Assembly (NCBI GenBank): GCA_045531355.1
Contig: JAZSDW010000070.1
Location: forward strand, 1-42,576
Origin: Clostridia bacterium
GTDB lineage: Bacteria; Bacillota; Clostridia; UMGS1883; UMGS1540
DNA length: 42,576 nucleotides
Direction: 5' to 3'
Of the stretch, positions 20,722-28,982 are shown one piece after another. How positions within the stretch are numbered: the stretch's first letter is position 1; each line of letters starts with the position of its first letter. The translations under genes were made by a program, and so were the position numbers. Below the pieces are notes generated by a model. The model worked only from the letters and a program-made list of their open reading frames with translations. It made no database searches and was not told the DNA's origin.

Positions 20722-21566
20722 CCGTCAATCTCCCCTTTTATTCGGCGCCCATCCTCTAAAAGCTGCCATAAGGTCTCTGCGTCTTCCTTCGTGAGCGCCT
20801 CCCGATATGCTTCTAAATTTTCCATAAGACAATCGATTTCCTTTAAAAGCGGCTCCCGATTTTCCAAAAACAGCTCTGTCCACATATCCGGCTGCAAATG
20901 CGCCACACGCGTTAAATCGCGATAACTGCCGGCAGAATGGCCCTTGTGCTGCTTCGCCGTTGGCGATTTTACATATGCGTTCGACACCAGATGTGCAAGC
21001 TGCGAGGTGAACGCAATCCGCGTATCGTGCGCCGCCGCGGTGGTCACGCTCATGAACCCGAAGCCAAGTGGCAGAAGACATTCCTTCACCCTGTCGAGAA
21101 GAGCAATATCGTCAAATACCGGTGGGACAACCACCATGGTAGCGCCTCTGTATAAATCTGCACGGCTATGCTTAAAGCCGGAACGGTGTGTGCCGGCCAT
21201 AGGATGCCCACCGACAAATACGAATCCGTGCGCCTTTGCCAGCGCAAATCCTTTTTCGCAAACGCTCTGCTTTGTGCCGCAGAAATCGACTACCAGCGTA
21301 TTCTTGCCAAAATTCGCAGCGTTTTCCTCCAAAAATGTGACCGCCGCTTTCGGATAGAGCGCAATAATAATCATATCGCACGCCGCCATTTTTTCCGGCG
21401 AAAGCGTATCATCCACCGCGCCGCAAAGGATGGCATATTCGAGCATCAGCTTGTCCCGGTCATCTGCGAAAACCGTATGTCCTGCAAGCTTATAAGCTCT
21501 TGCGGCGCTTCCGCCCATAAGCCCAAGACCTACAATTCCAATCTGCATCCTCATCCCTACCTTCAT
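20718..21566 (-). CDS. tyrA: Prephenate dehydrogenase
   Basis: GLGLMGGS, GHPMAG, HD...A.TSQL.H, RDLTRVA. Confidence 0.93.
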   Translation of the reverse strand: MKVGMRMQIGIVGLGLMGGSAARAYKLAGHTVFADDRDKLMLEYAILCGAVDDTLSPEKMAACDMIIIALYPKAAVTFLEENAANFGKNTLVVDFCGTKQSVCEKGFALAKAHGFVFVGGHPMAGTHRSGFKHSRADLYRGATMVVVPPVFDDIALLDRVKECLLPLGFGFMSVTTAAAHDTRIAFTSQLAHLVSNAYVKSPTAKQHKGHSAGSYRDLTRVAHLQPDMWTELFLENREPLLKEIDCLMENLEAYREALTKEDAETLWQLLEDGRRIKGEIDG

Positions 21567-21584
21567 TTTATAGTGCCGTATACC

Positions 21585-22583
21585 TTACAGAATTTCCCGT
21601 ACCTTTTGAATTTTATTGGAAAGGTGGCAAAACGCATCCGGCGTCAGGGACTGGGCCCCGTCGCAAAGCGCATGCGCCGGGTCGTTATGCACCTCTATCA
21701 TAAGCCCGTCAACACCCGCAGCCGTCGCGGCCATTGCCATAGGCTCTACCAGGCGGGCTTTTCCGGTTGCATGGCTCGGATCTGCAATCACCGGCAGGTG
21801 CGAAAGCTCATGCAAAAGCGGAATGCTGGAAATATCCATGGTGTTGCGTGTGTAAGTTTCATAGGTCCGGATGCCGCGCTCACACAGAATTACATTGCCG
21901 TTGCCACCAGCCATAATATATTCCGCACTCATCAGGAACTCCTTGAGCGTATTGGCAAGACCACGCTTTAAAAGAACCGGCTTTTTCGTTCTGCCCAGTT
22001 CCTTTAAAAGATCAAAGTTCTGCATGTTCCTGGCACCCACCTGAATCAGATCCACCTCTTCAAAAAGGTCCAAATGATTCGCATTCATAATTTCCGTTAC
22101 AATCGGCATCCCGGTAACTCGTTTTGCCTCAAGAAGCAGTTCAATCCCATCTGCTCGAAGGCCTTGAAAATCATAGGGAGAGGTGCGGGGTTTGAATGCG
22201 CCTCCGCGCAAAAGGCTGGCACCTGCTGCTTTGACCTTCTCTGCTACCTCGATAATCTGGTCATGCGATTCCACAGAACACGGCCCTGCAATCATGGCAA
22301 AATGTCCGCCGCCGATTTTTACACCACCTACATCCACCACGGTATCCTCAGGATGGAATTTCCGGTTGCACTGCTTAAACGGGTCGGACACGCGCTTGAC
22401 AGATTCGATAATTGCGAGGCTGTCCAAAAGCTCCATATCAATTTTGGAAGTGTCTCCCACCAGCCCTAAAACCGTATAATCCACGCCGCATGAACGGTGT
22501 ACCTCAACGCCCTGTTCCTCAAGCCATTGGACAAGATGGGCAATCTGCTCTTCGCTGGTTTTCTTTTTGATAACTGCGATCAT
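21585..22583 (-). CDS. aroF: DAHP synthase type I-beta with N-terminal ferredoxin/ACT-like regulatory domain
   Basis: AGPCSVES, GAFKPRTSPY, QVGARNMQNF, LKRG, CERGIR, DPSH; start is ATG 22583 after AGGAGG. Confidence 0.96.
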   Translation of the reverse strand: MIAVIKKKTSEEQIAHLVQWLEEQGVEVHRSCGVDYTVLGLVGDTSKIDMELLDSLAIIESVKRVSDPFKQCNRKFHPEDTVVDVGGVKIGGGHFAMIAGPCSVESHDQIIEVAEKVKAAGASLLRGGAFKPRTSPYDFQGLRADGIELLLEAKRVTGMPIVTEIMNANHLDLFEEVDLIQVGARNMQNFDLLKELGRTKKPVLLKRGLANTLKEFLMSAEYIMAGGNGNVILCERGIRTYETYTRNTMDISSIPLLHELSHLPVIADPSHATGKARLVEPMAMAATAAGVDGLMIEVHNDPAHALCDGAQSLTPDAFCHLSNKIQKVREIL

Positions 22584-22597
22584 TTTTATTCCTCCTG

Positions 22598-22635
22598 AAA
22601 AAAATAAGGCTACACAGAGGATTTCTGTGTAGCCT
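22598..22635 (-). terminator. Attenuator terminator (3:4 hairpin) upstream of aroF
   Basis: Perfect 12-bp stem AGGCTACACAGA-aatcc-TCTGTGTAGCCT followed by TATTTTTTT, just before the aroF RBS. Confidence 0.9.
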
Positions 22636-22657
22636 GCTATACGAACCGCGTTTGCCT

Positions 22658-22753
22658 TTAGTTCAAACTGTTTGCAACACAAAAACCCTTTACTTTGGTG
22701 CTGTTAAAGTAAAAGTAAAAGTAATATTTGTTTGCAAACAGATTGTTGTGCAT
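22658..22753 (-). CDS. Tyr/Phe-rich leader peptide of the aro operon, 31 aa, MHNNLFANKYYFYFYFNSTKVKGFCVANSLN
   Basis: Hand translation from ATG 22753 to TAA 22658; AGAAGG RBS 9 nt upstream; codons 10-16 are TAT TAC TTT TAC TTT TAC TTT; lies between promoter and terminator. Confidence 0.85.
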   Translation of the reverse strand: MHNNLFANKYYFYFYFNSTKVKGFCVANSLN

Positions 22754-22784
22754 GGCAAAAGACCTTCTTTCTTTGTATGAATTT

Positions 22785-22813
22785 AGTATACGCCTAAAAA
22801 ATTTTTTTGTCAA
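22785..22813 (-). promoter_or_regulatory. sigmaA promoter of the leader peptide and aro operon
   Basis: TTGACA (22813-22808), 17 bp, TATACT (22790-22785). Confidence 0.85.
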
Positions 22814-22837
22814 GAACTTTTTTTAAATTTTTTTGGA

Positions 22838-22866
22838 TTGACACCTTCCTATAAATAGCGTATAAT
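22838..22866 (+). promoter_or_regulatory. Consensus sigmaA promoter
   Basis: TTGACA, 17 bp, TATAAT. Confidence 0.88.
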
Positions 22867-22891
22867 AGGGAAAACAGAAGTGGAGGCATTT

Positions 22892-24121
22892 ATGAGAAAA
22901 AGAATTTTATCCATCCTTTTATGCGGGTTCCTTTTCGCGATGCCGGTTTCGGCCTCCGTTTGTGAACTCAACATCGGCGATCGTTCTCTTCGTACCTTTG
23001 AAGATGGCGCCATCGGCGAAATCCCACTCGACGCCCCGGCCTTTTTAAGCCCTGAAGGGCGCACAATGGTTCCCATCCGGGCCATTGCCACGGCGCTCGG
23101 CGCCGAAGTAGGCTGGGTAGACGAAACGAAAACGGTTACGCTTACAAAAGGCGACACCACCCTGTCGCTTACGATAGGCGCAAATATGGCGTTTCGAAAT
23201 GGGGAGGCTATGCAGCTGGATAGCCCGCCGTGCATTGTAGAAAAGCGTACAATGGTGCCGCTTCGCTTTATCAGCGAAGCCTTTCTGGCCGAGGTTTCTT
23301 ATCTGGATGCGACAAAGTGTGTTTTAATTGATGCTAGTGGCGTCATTATGCGTACCGCGTCTTCGTGTCTGACGAAAGCCCAGCTGGATACACTCTGTGG
23401 CCTTTTGCACCACCAAAACCAGGCGGATGCGGCTGCATATGGTATCGACAAGGAAACCTTCACAAAACTTTGTGTTGAAGCCGCCTACGAACACGGCATG
23501 GAGCTTCTGAAAATGGAAGCCGCCTTCCCGGAAATTACGGCCGACGCTGAAACAATGCAAAAGATTTCCGAAGAAGCTGCAGCGCTTTCTTCTGGTCCCT
23601 ATATGCCGCTTCCAGGCATGCGCGCGCTTCTCCATCTGCGCATGTATCAAACAGGCAGCCAGATGGTCTATGCACATTTCATGGAAAAGAAGGCAGACTT
23701 TCTGGACACCTATCTGCAGAATTATATCTGTGCAAAGCATGTTTTATGTCAAGACGAAGAAACAGCGAAGCTCGTCTATGAAAAAGCGATTGGCGGTGAA
23801 TCGTTTGATGCGCTGATTTCTGCCTATAATATAGACCCCGGCATGTCCGCAAATCCCGATGGCTATGTGTTTACGCGCGGCGAAATGGTGCTTCCTTTTG
23901 AAGAAGCTGCCTTTTCCGCCCGAGAAGGTGAAATCACCCCGCCGGTAAAAACAGATTATGGCTACCATGTTCTCCAGCGTCTGCCACTGCCAAAGATGAG
24001 CGACGATACGCTTATTCAGCTTGCGTATCCCGTCATTTTGGCACGCTACCAGGCAGCAGAAACGCCGCAGTGCTTTAAAACCGTAGAGGAACTGCTTCCT
24101 CTGTATCAAACCGCAGAATAA
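22892..24121 (+). CDS. Secreted protein with a copper-amine-oxidase-like N-terminal (stalk) domain and a C-terminal parvulin/PpiC PPIase domain
   Basis: Signal peptide; GRTMVPIRAIA..LGA.V.W and RTMVPLRFISE repeats; AKHVL..., GEMVLPFEEAAF, PVKTDYGYH; ATG 22892 after GGAGG. Confidence 0.85.
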   Translation: MRKRILSILLCGFLFAMPVSASVCELNIGDRSLRTFEDGAIGEIPLDAPAFLSPEGRTMVPIRAIATALGAEVGWVDETKTVTLTKGDTTLSLTIGANMAFRNGEAMQLDSPPCIVEKRTMVPLRFISEAFLAEVSYLDATKCVLIDASGVIMRTASSCLTKAQLDTLCGLLHHQNQADAAAYGIDKETFTKLCVEAAYEHGMELLKMEAAFPEITADAETMQKISEEAAALSSGPYMPLPGMRALLHLRMYQTGSQMVYAHFMEKKADFLDTYLQNYICAKHVLCQDEETAKLVYEKAIGGESFDALISAYNIDPGMSANPDGYVFTRGEMVLPFEEAAFSAREGEITPPVKTDYGYHVLQRLPLPKMSDDTLIQLAYPVILARYQAAETPQCFKTVEELLPLYQTAE

Positions 24122-24124
24122 GGT

Positions 24125-24156
24125 AAGAGCCGGGAAGCATTCCCGGCTCTTCGTTT
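24125..24156. terminator. Terminator between convergent genes
   Basis: Perfect 12-bp stem AAGAGCCGGGAA/TTCCCGGCTCTT. Confidence 0.8.
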
Positions 24157-24162
24157 ATTCTC

Positions 24163-26250
24163 TTACTTTTCCTGCTCAGCTTCAGCCTTCGCCTTATCAA
24201 TGATAACCTGCGCTACATTCTGAGGGGCTTCCTCGTACCGCTCAAAAGTAAGGCGGAAGGAGCCGCGTCCCTGCGTCATGGAGCGAAGGTCGGTCGCGTA
24301 CTTGTGCATTTCGCTCATTGGCACCTCAGCCTCTACGCGTCCCTGTCCTTTTCCCAAATGATCCATGCCTAAAATTCTGCCGCGACGCTTATTCGCATCG
24401 CCTACGATATCACCCATGTAGCTCTCCGGCACGAACACCTCCAGCTTTCCGTACGGCTCTAACAGAACCGGTCCCGCCTGCTTTAACCCTTCTTTATAAG
24501 CAAGAGAAGCCGCTACCTTAAAGGCCATTTCGGAAGAATCAACCGGATGGTACGAGCCGTCTACGAGCGTGGCCTTCAGACCGACTACGGGATATCCGGC
24601 CAGCACGCCCTTCTGGATACATTCTCTGAGCCCCTTTTCTACGGCCGGGAAAAAGTTCTTGGGAACCGCACCGCCGAAAATATTGGTTTCAAACACGAGA
24701 TCGTCCCCTTCGGTCGGCTCAAACTCAATCCATACATCCCCGAACTGTCCGTGTCCGCCGGATTGCTTTTTGTGGCGGCCTTGTACCTTTACTTTCTTGT
24801 GAATGGTTTCTCGGTAAGCCACCTTCGGCTCAATCAAATCCACCGAAACACCAAACTTTGTTTTCAGCTTACTGATAATAACATCAAGATGCTGCTCGCC
24901 AATACCGGAAATGACCTGCTGGCGTGTTTCCGTGTTGTTCTCAACCTTAAAGCACGGATCCTCCTCCTCAAGCTTATGGAGCCCGCTGCTGATTTTTTCT
25001 TCGTCGCCCTTCGCCTTCGGCACAATGGCGAGCGAAAGATTTGGCTCCGGAAATTCGATGCCGGGCAGCGTGAGCGGTTCGGACGGGCTACATAAAGTCT
25101 GCCCCGTTTTCGTTGTGGCGAGCTTCGTCACCGCGCCGATGTCGCCAGCAGAAATGGAATCCACCTCTATTTGCTTCTTACCGCGAAGCACAAAAAGCTT
25201 CCCGATTTTCTCCTGCGCACCAGTAGCCGTATTGAGCACGGTGGAATCTGCCTTCAAAACGCCGGAATATACACGGAAAATAGAAATTTTTCCAACAAAC
25301 TGGTCCGCAATGGTTTTAAATACAACTGCCGCAAGCGGGCCTGCCGGATCTGGCGGCAACACCTTATCTTCGCCCGCCTTGTCCTTGGCAACGACCTCAT
25401 TTAAATTCAGTGGCGTGGGGAAATAATCGGCAATGGCGTCCATGACTTTCATAACACCCATATTGGTTGTGGCACTTCCGCAGAAAACAGGCACAATGCC
25501 TTCCTGCTTGAAACTGGTCTTGATTGCCGTCGCAATTTCTTCTACCGTGAATTCTTCGCCGGCAAAATATTTTTCCATCAGTTCCTCGCTCGTTTCTGCC
25601 ACTGCTTCCAGCAGAAGCTCGCGAGCCTTTTCGAGCGCCTCTTTGCAGCTTTCGGGAATCGCATCCATCTGAACACGCTTCAGTCCTTCAAACCGATAGG
25701 GAATCATTTTCACTACATCGACATACCCGATGAACTTGCCGTCCTCACGGATGGGCACCTGGAACGGCGCAACTGCCTTACCGAAAGTCGCATCCAGTTC
25801 TTCCATCGTGCGCATGAAATTGGCGTTTTCATCATCCATTTTATTCACAAAGAAGGCGGCCGGAATATGTGCCTGACGCGCATATTCCCAAGCTTTTTCC
25901 GCACCAACGGAAACGCCGCTCCGGCCGGAAACAACAATAATCCCTGCGCCCGCTACCCGGATGCCCTCTTTGACTTCTCCCACAAAGTCAAAAAATCCCG
26001 GCGTGTCAATTACATTGATTTTTGTTCCGTTCCACTCACAAGGGATAAGCGATGTATTAATCGAAATTGCGCGTTTTCCTTCCTCCGGATCATAGTCCGA
26101 AATCGTGCTGGCATCGCTGATCTTTCCGAGACGATCCGTTATGCCCGCATTAAAGGCCATAGCCTCGGCAAAAGATGTCTTTCCTGCTCCGCCGTGGCCT
26201 AAAAGCACAATATTTCTGATTTTGTCAATCGCATACTTGTTCATATCCAT
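24163..26250 (-). CDS. Elongation factor G paralog (EF-G2 type)
   Basis: Five-domain EF-G layout (YRETI, KQSGGHGQFG, GSYH.VDSSEMAF, LRSMTQGRG) with divergent G motifs GHGGAGKT, RAISI, DTPGFFDF; not in an rpsL-rpsG-tuf operon. Confidence 0.92.
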   Translation of the reverse strand: MDMNKYAIDKIRNIVLLGHGGAGKTSFAEAMAFNAGITDRLGKISDASTISDYDPEEGKRAISINTSLIPCEWNGTKINVIDTPGFFDFVGEVKEGIRVAGAGIIVVSGRSGVSVGAEKAWEYARQAHIPAAFFVNKMDDENANFMRTMEELDATFGKAVAPFQVPIREDGKFIGYVDVVKMIPYRFEGLKRVQMDAIPESCKEALEKARELLLEAVAETSEELMEKYFAGEEFTVEEIATAIKTSFKQEGIVPVFCGSATTNMGVMKVMDAIADYFPTPLNLNEVVAKDKAGEDKVLPPDPAGPLAAVVFKTIADQFVGKISIFRVYSGVLKADSTVLNTATGAQEKIGKLFVLRGKKQIEVDSISAGDIGAVTKLATTKTGQTLCSPSEPLTLPGIEFPEPNLSLAIVPKAKGDEEKISSGLHKLEEEDPCFKVENNTETRQQVISGIGEQHLDVIISKLKTKFGVSVDLIEPKVAYRETIHKKVKVQGRHKKQSGGHGQFGDVWIEFEPTEGDDLVFETNIFGGAVPKNFFPAVEKGLRECIQKGVLAGYPVVGLKATLVDGSYHPVDSSEMAFKVAASLAYKEGLKQAGPVLLEPYGKLEVFVPESYMGDIVGDANKRRGRILGMDHLGKGQGRVEAEVPMSEMHKYATDLRSMTQGRGSFRLTFERYEEAPQNVAQVIIDKAKAEAEQEK

Positions 26251-26415
26251 TCCTCCTCTATTCTTAATTAATTATATCCGGAAAGGCGAGTCAACGACTC
26301 ACGGCCGTCACGCACCCGTTCTCCGCATATTTTTATTATAATATAAAAAAGGAATTTGCGAAATGCCTATTTTAAACAATATTTTTTAAATTTTTTTGTA
26401 TATATTGCACAAACA

Positions 26416-27192
26416 TTACCTGCGTGCGTCCAGATAACGGGTTTCTCCTTCCCCAGCCCGGATTGCCCAGACGGGAATGGCATCTGCAGCACGATAGCCG
26501 TCATCTTCTACAAAAATGGCGTATCCATATTCTACCGTCGTAATTTCGCTGGCTGCTCCTGTCTGCAAAAAGGTCAAAAGTGCATCTGCCGCGCTGGTAA
26601 TCTGCACCTTTTCTCCTGTGCGGTCTGTAATATTCGCCCAGTTTCCCGAAATCCGGCTTATCGTTCCGTCGGCCGCAATCTGCACACACATTTCGCAGTC
26701 AAAGAGCCGCGCCCCATCGACCTCCTGCCGAAAGACGACGGCGTCGCCCTCCAGACTTCCCTTTGCATACTCCATAGAAAAGCCCATCGCCGAAAGTGCC
26801 TCCCGGCTTTCGCGGATGTTTTTGCTGAGAGGCGTTACACTTTCCAGCCCGCTCTCATAAATGAATCCCTTTTCTAACAACCGTACTTCCTTGCCGCCGC
26901 GGCGATAGGTTTCTCCAAATCTTGTTGCCTTGCCGCCTAAAATCCGCGCCGCGAATTCCAGCGGGTCTGCCTTGGGGTTTTCCAGCCGCAACCCGCCTAG
27001 ACGCACCGTTTTATGCGGCACCGCAGCAGAAACAGAAATACCATTTTGAGAAAGCACCTGTGTCGCCGCTTCTATTTTTGCAATTTCCTGCCGCGTGTTG
27101 CGATACTGTGTCACACCCAAAAGTGCAACCAAAAACAAATTGATGGCCGCAAATAAACAAATCAGAACGCTTTTAATATGATACCAATTCAT
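26416..27192 (-). CDS. YycI-like membrane-anchored protein
   Basis: N-terminus MNW..IKS.LI..F...N.FL TM anchor and C-terminal IPVW.I, as recalled for YycI. Confidence 0.65.
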   Translation of the reverse strand: MNWYHIKSVLICLFAAINLFLVALLGVTQYRNTRQEIAKIEAATQVLSQNGISVSAAVPHKTVRLGGLRLENPKADPLEFAARILGGKATRFGETYRRGGKEVRLLEKGFIYESGLESVTPLSKNIRESREALSAMGFSMEYAKGSLEGDAVVFRQEVDGARLFDCEMCVQIAADGTISRISGNWANITDRTGEKVQITSAADALLTFLQTGAASEITTVEYGYAIFVEDDGYRAADAIPVWAIRAGEGETRYLDARR

Positions 27193-27210
27193 TCGCTTTC
27201 TCCTCCATTT

Positions 27211-27942
27211 TTACGATTGCCCTCTGGAAATCAAAAAGAAAATGCCGAATATGACCGGCTGGTGTATAAGATAGAACAAAAGACTGTGCCGACCGCAAAA
27301 GGCCAGAAATGCACTATGCGTTTTTCCGGCCGGAAGCGGCAACCGCCCCAGAAAAAAGCCGCCGGCAAAGAGAAAGATATTCGGCAAAAGCGGGACAAAG
27401 TCCAAACTCTGAAAAAAAGCATCCGGGAAGCCGAGAGGTGTGAAAAGTCCGCCCACATACAGCGCTTCCAAAAGCGGAAGCTGCACAAGATATCCCATGG
27501 GAATCCGGAAGGTGATTGCAAAAAACAACAAGCAACAGGCAAGCCCCTGCACGGGCGGAATTTTTACAAGATACCGCCCCAGTCCCCAGAATAACAGCAT
27601 GCAGACGGCCAGACAGTGCAAAACTCCGAACCAAATGGTTTCTTCCGGAAACAGAATATAGGTTATGACAGTCACCGCCGCCGCAGCAAGCGCTACCCGC
27701 AAGGCCCTATAAAGTGGGCGACGCGTAAAATGGCAGCAGATGCCGGAAAGTCCTAAAAATACCGCAACAAAAAGCGTATGCAAAACAGATAGACTCCGGC
27801 TCTCCATCACGCGGGAAAGCCAGGGCAAATCCAGCTCTAAAAAATACAGAAGATTGAATGCAATGTGATACAGAATCATGGCCCAGACGGCCAGCCCGCG
27901 CAATTCGTCCATCCACGCAAGGCGTTTCCCCTCTTGGTGCAA
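27211..27942 (-). CDS. DUF1624 / HGSNAT-like membrane acyltransferase-domain protein
   Basis: R...DELRGLA..AMI.YH, FGVLH.L, DFVPLLP, GRHSL..YL.HQP; TTG 27942 after AGGAGG. Confidence 0.85.
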   Translation of the reverse strand: MHQEGKRLAWMDELRGLAVWAMILYHIAFNLLYFLELDLPWLSRVMESRSLSVLHTLFVAVFLGLSGICCHFTRRPLYRALRVALAAAAVTVITYILFPEETIWFGVLHCLAVCMLLFWGLGRYLVKIPPVQGLACCLLFFAITFRIPMGYLVQLPLLEALYVGGLFTPLGFPDAFFQSLDFVPLLPNIFLFAGGFFLGRLPLPAGKTHSAFLAFCGRHSLLFYLIHQPVIFGIFFLISRGQS

Positions 27943-27962
27943 AAAAATCCCCTCCTTCTGTA

Positions 27963-27991
27963 AGTGTACCACAAAAAGGAAGGGATTGCAA
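27963..27991 (-). promoter_or_regulatory. sigmaA promoter of DUF1624-yycI
   Basis: TTGCAA, 17 bp, TG-n-TACACT. Confidence 0.65.
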
Positions 27992-28009
27992 TTCTTTATC
28001 AAAATGTTT

Positions 28010-28978
28010 TTAGAGAAGGCGCTTGCGAAGCGATGCCCCGTCCTCCGCGCTTAAATATGCCGGCGGGATATCCAAAACGGTTTTGCAGCCCTGGTCACCG
28101 GCTTTGGCCATACGAAAGGCCGCCCGCGCATAAGCGCAGAGTACCGACGCCGTAAACGACGGATTCGATTCGAGTGACAGGGAATACTCGATTTTATGCT
28201 TCGCCCCATCCCCAGTTCGGCCGGTACGAATCACAAGGCCCCCATGCGGAAGACCGCTATGTTGCTTTTGAAGTTCCTCGGCGGAAATGAAATGTACCGT
28301 GGTGTCATAGTCCGCAAAATAATTCGGCATCTCCACAATTTCCTTCTCGATGCGCGCAAGATCTGCCCCTTCCTCTGCTACAACGAAGCATTCCCGCGTG
28401 TGCTTTTCCCTTGTAGAAAGCGTGGGATCCTCACCGGCACGCACTTTTTCCAGCGCCAACGGCACCGGTACCGTATATTGTCGCGCGTCTAAAACGCCTT
28501 CGATTCTGCGGATAGCATCGGAATGCCCCTGACTGACACCCTTACCCCAGAAGGTATACACAGAGCCGACCGGCAAAATCGCCTCTCCATATACACGGTT
28601 TAAAGAAAACAGGCCGGGGTCCCAGCCCACCGAAATTATCCCAATATTCCCGCCCTTTTTTGCAGCCGCATCCACCGCTTCAAAATGCCCGGGGATATTC
28701 GCGTGGGTGTCAAAGCTATCCACCACATTGAAATATTCCGCAAGCTGCGGTGTTTGCACCGGCAAATCCGTTGCGCTTCCGCCGCAGAGAATCATTACAT
28801 CAATTTGATTCTGCATAGAAATTGCATCCTCTGCCCGAAAAACGGGGGCTTTTGTACAAAGCGTTTCCGGCGCTCGCCGTGTAAACACGCCCGCAAGCTC
28901 CATATCCGAATTTTGCGAAATGGCCGTTTCCACGCCGCGTCCCAGATTCCCATAGCCATAAATTCCGATTCTAATCAT
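28010..28978 (-). CDS. ddh: meso-Diaminopimelate dehydrogenase
   Basis: GYGNLG, DSFDTH, GWDPG..S, TFWGKGVSQGHS, HGG, NP.FTASVL; ATG 28978. Confidence 0.95.
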   Translation of the reverse strand: MIRIGIYGYGNLGRGVETAISQNSDMELAGVFTRRAPETLCTKAPVFRAEDAISMQNQIDVMILCGGSATDLPVQTPQLAEYFNVVDSFDTHANIPGHFEAVDAAAKKGGNIGIISVGWDPGLFSLNRVYGEAILPVGSVYTFWGKGVSQGHSDAIRRIEGVLDARQYTVPVPLALEKVRAGEDPTLSTREKHTRECFVVAEEGADLARIEKEIVEMPNYFADYDTTVHFISAEELQKQHSGLPHGGLVIRTGRTGDGAKHKIEYSLSLESNPSFTASVLCAYARAAFRMAKAGDQGCKTVLDIPPAYLSAEDGASLRKRLL

Positions 28979-28982
28979 GTTT

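Noticed and set aside
22584-22682. 33-aa N-terminal extension of AroF in the ORF track
   Set aside because: It runs through the attenuator hairpins; ATG 22583 has an AGGAGG RBS and marks the start of the recognisable domain.
22706-22726. AAAAGT tandem repeat as a phase-variable microsatellite
   Set aside because: It is explained by alternating TAC-TTT control codons of the leader peptide, and the 6-bp unit keeps the frame.
26271-26294. TTGACT/TATAAT promoter for the EF-G paralog
   Set aside because: The spacer is only 12 bp.
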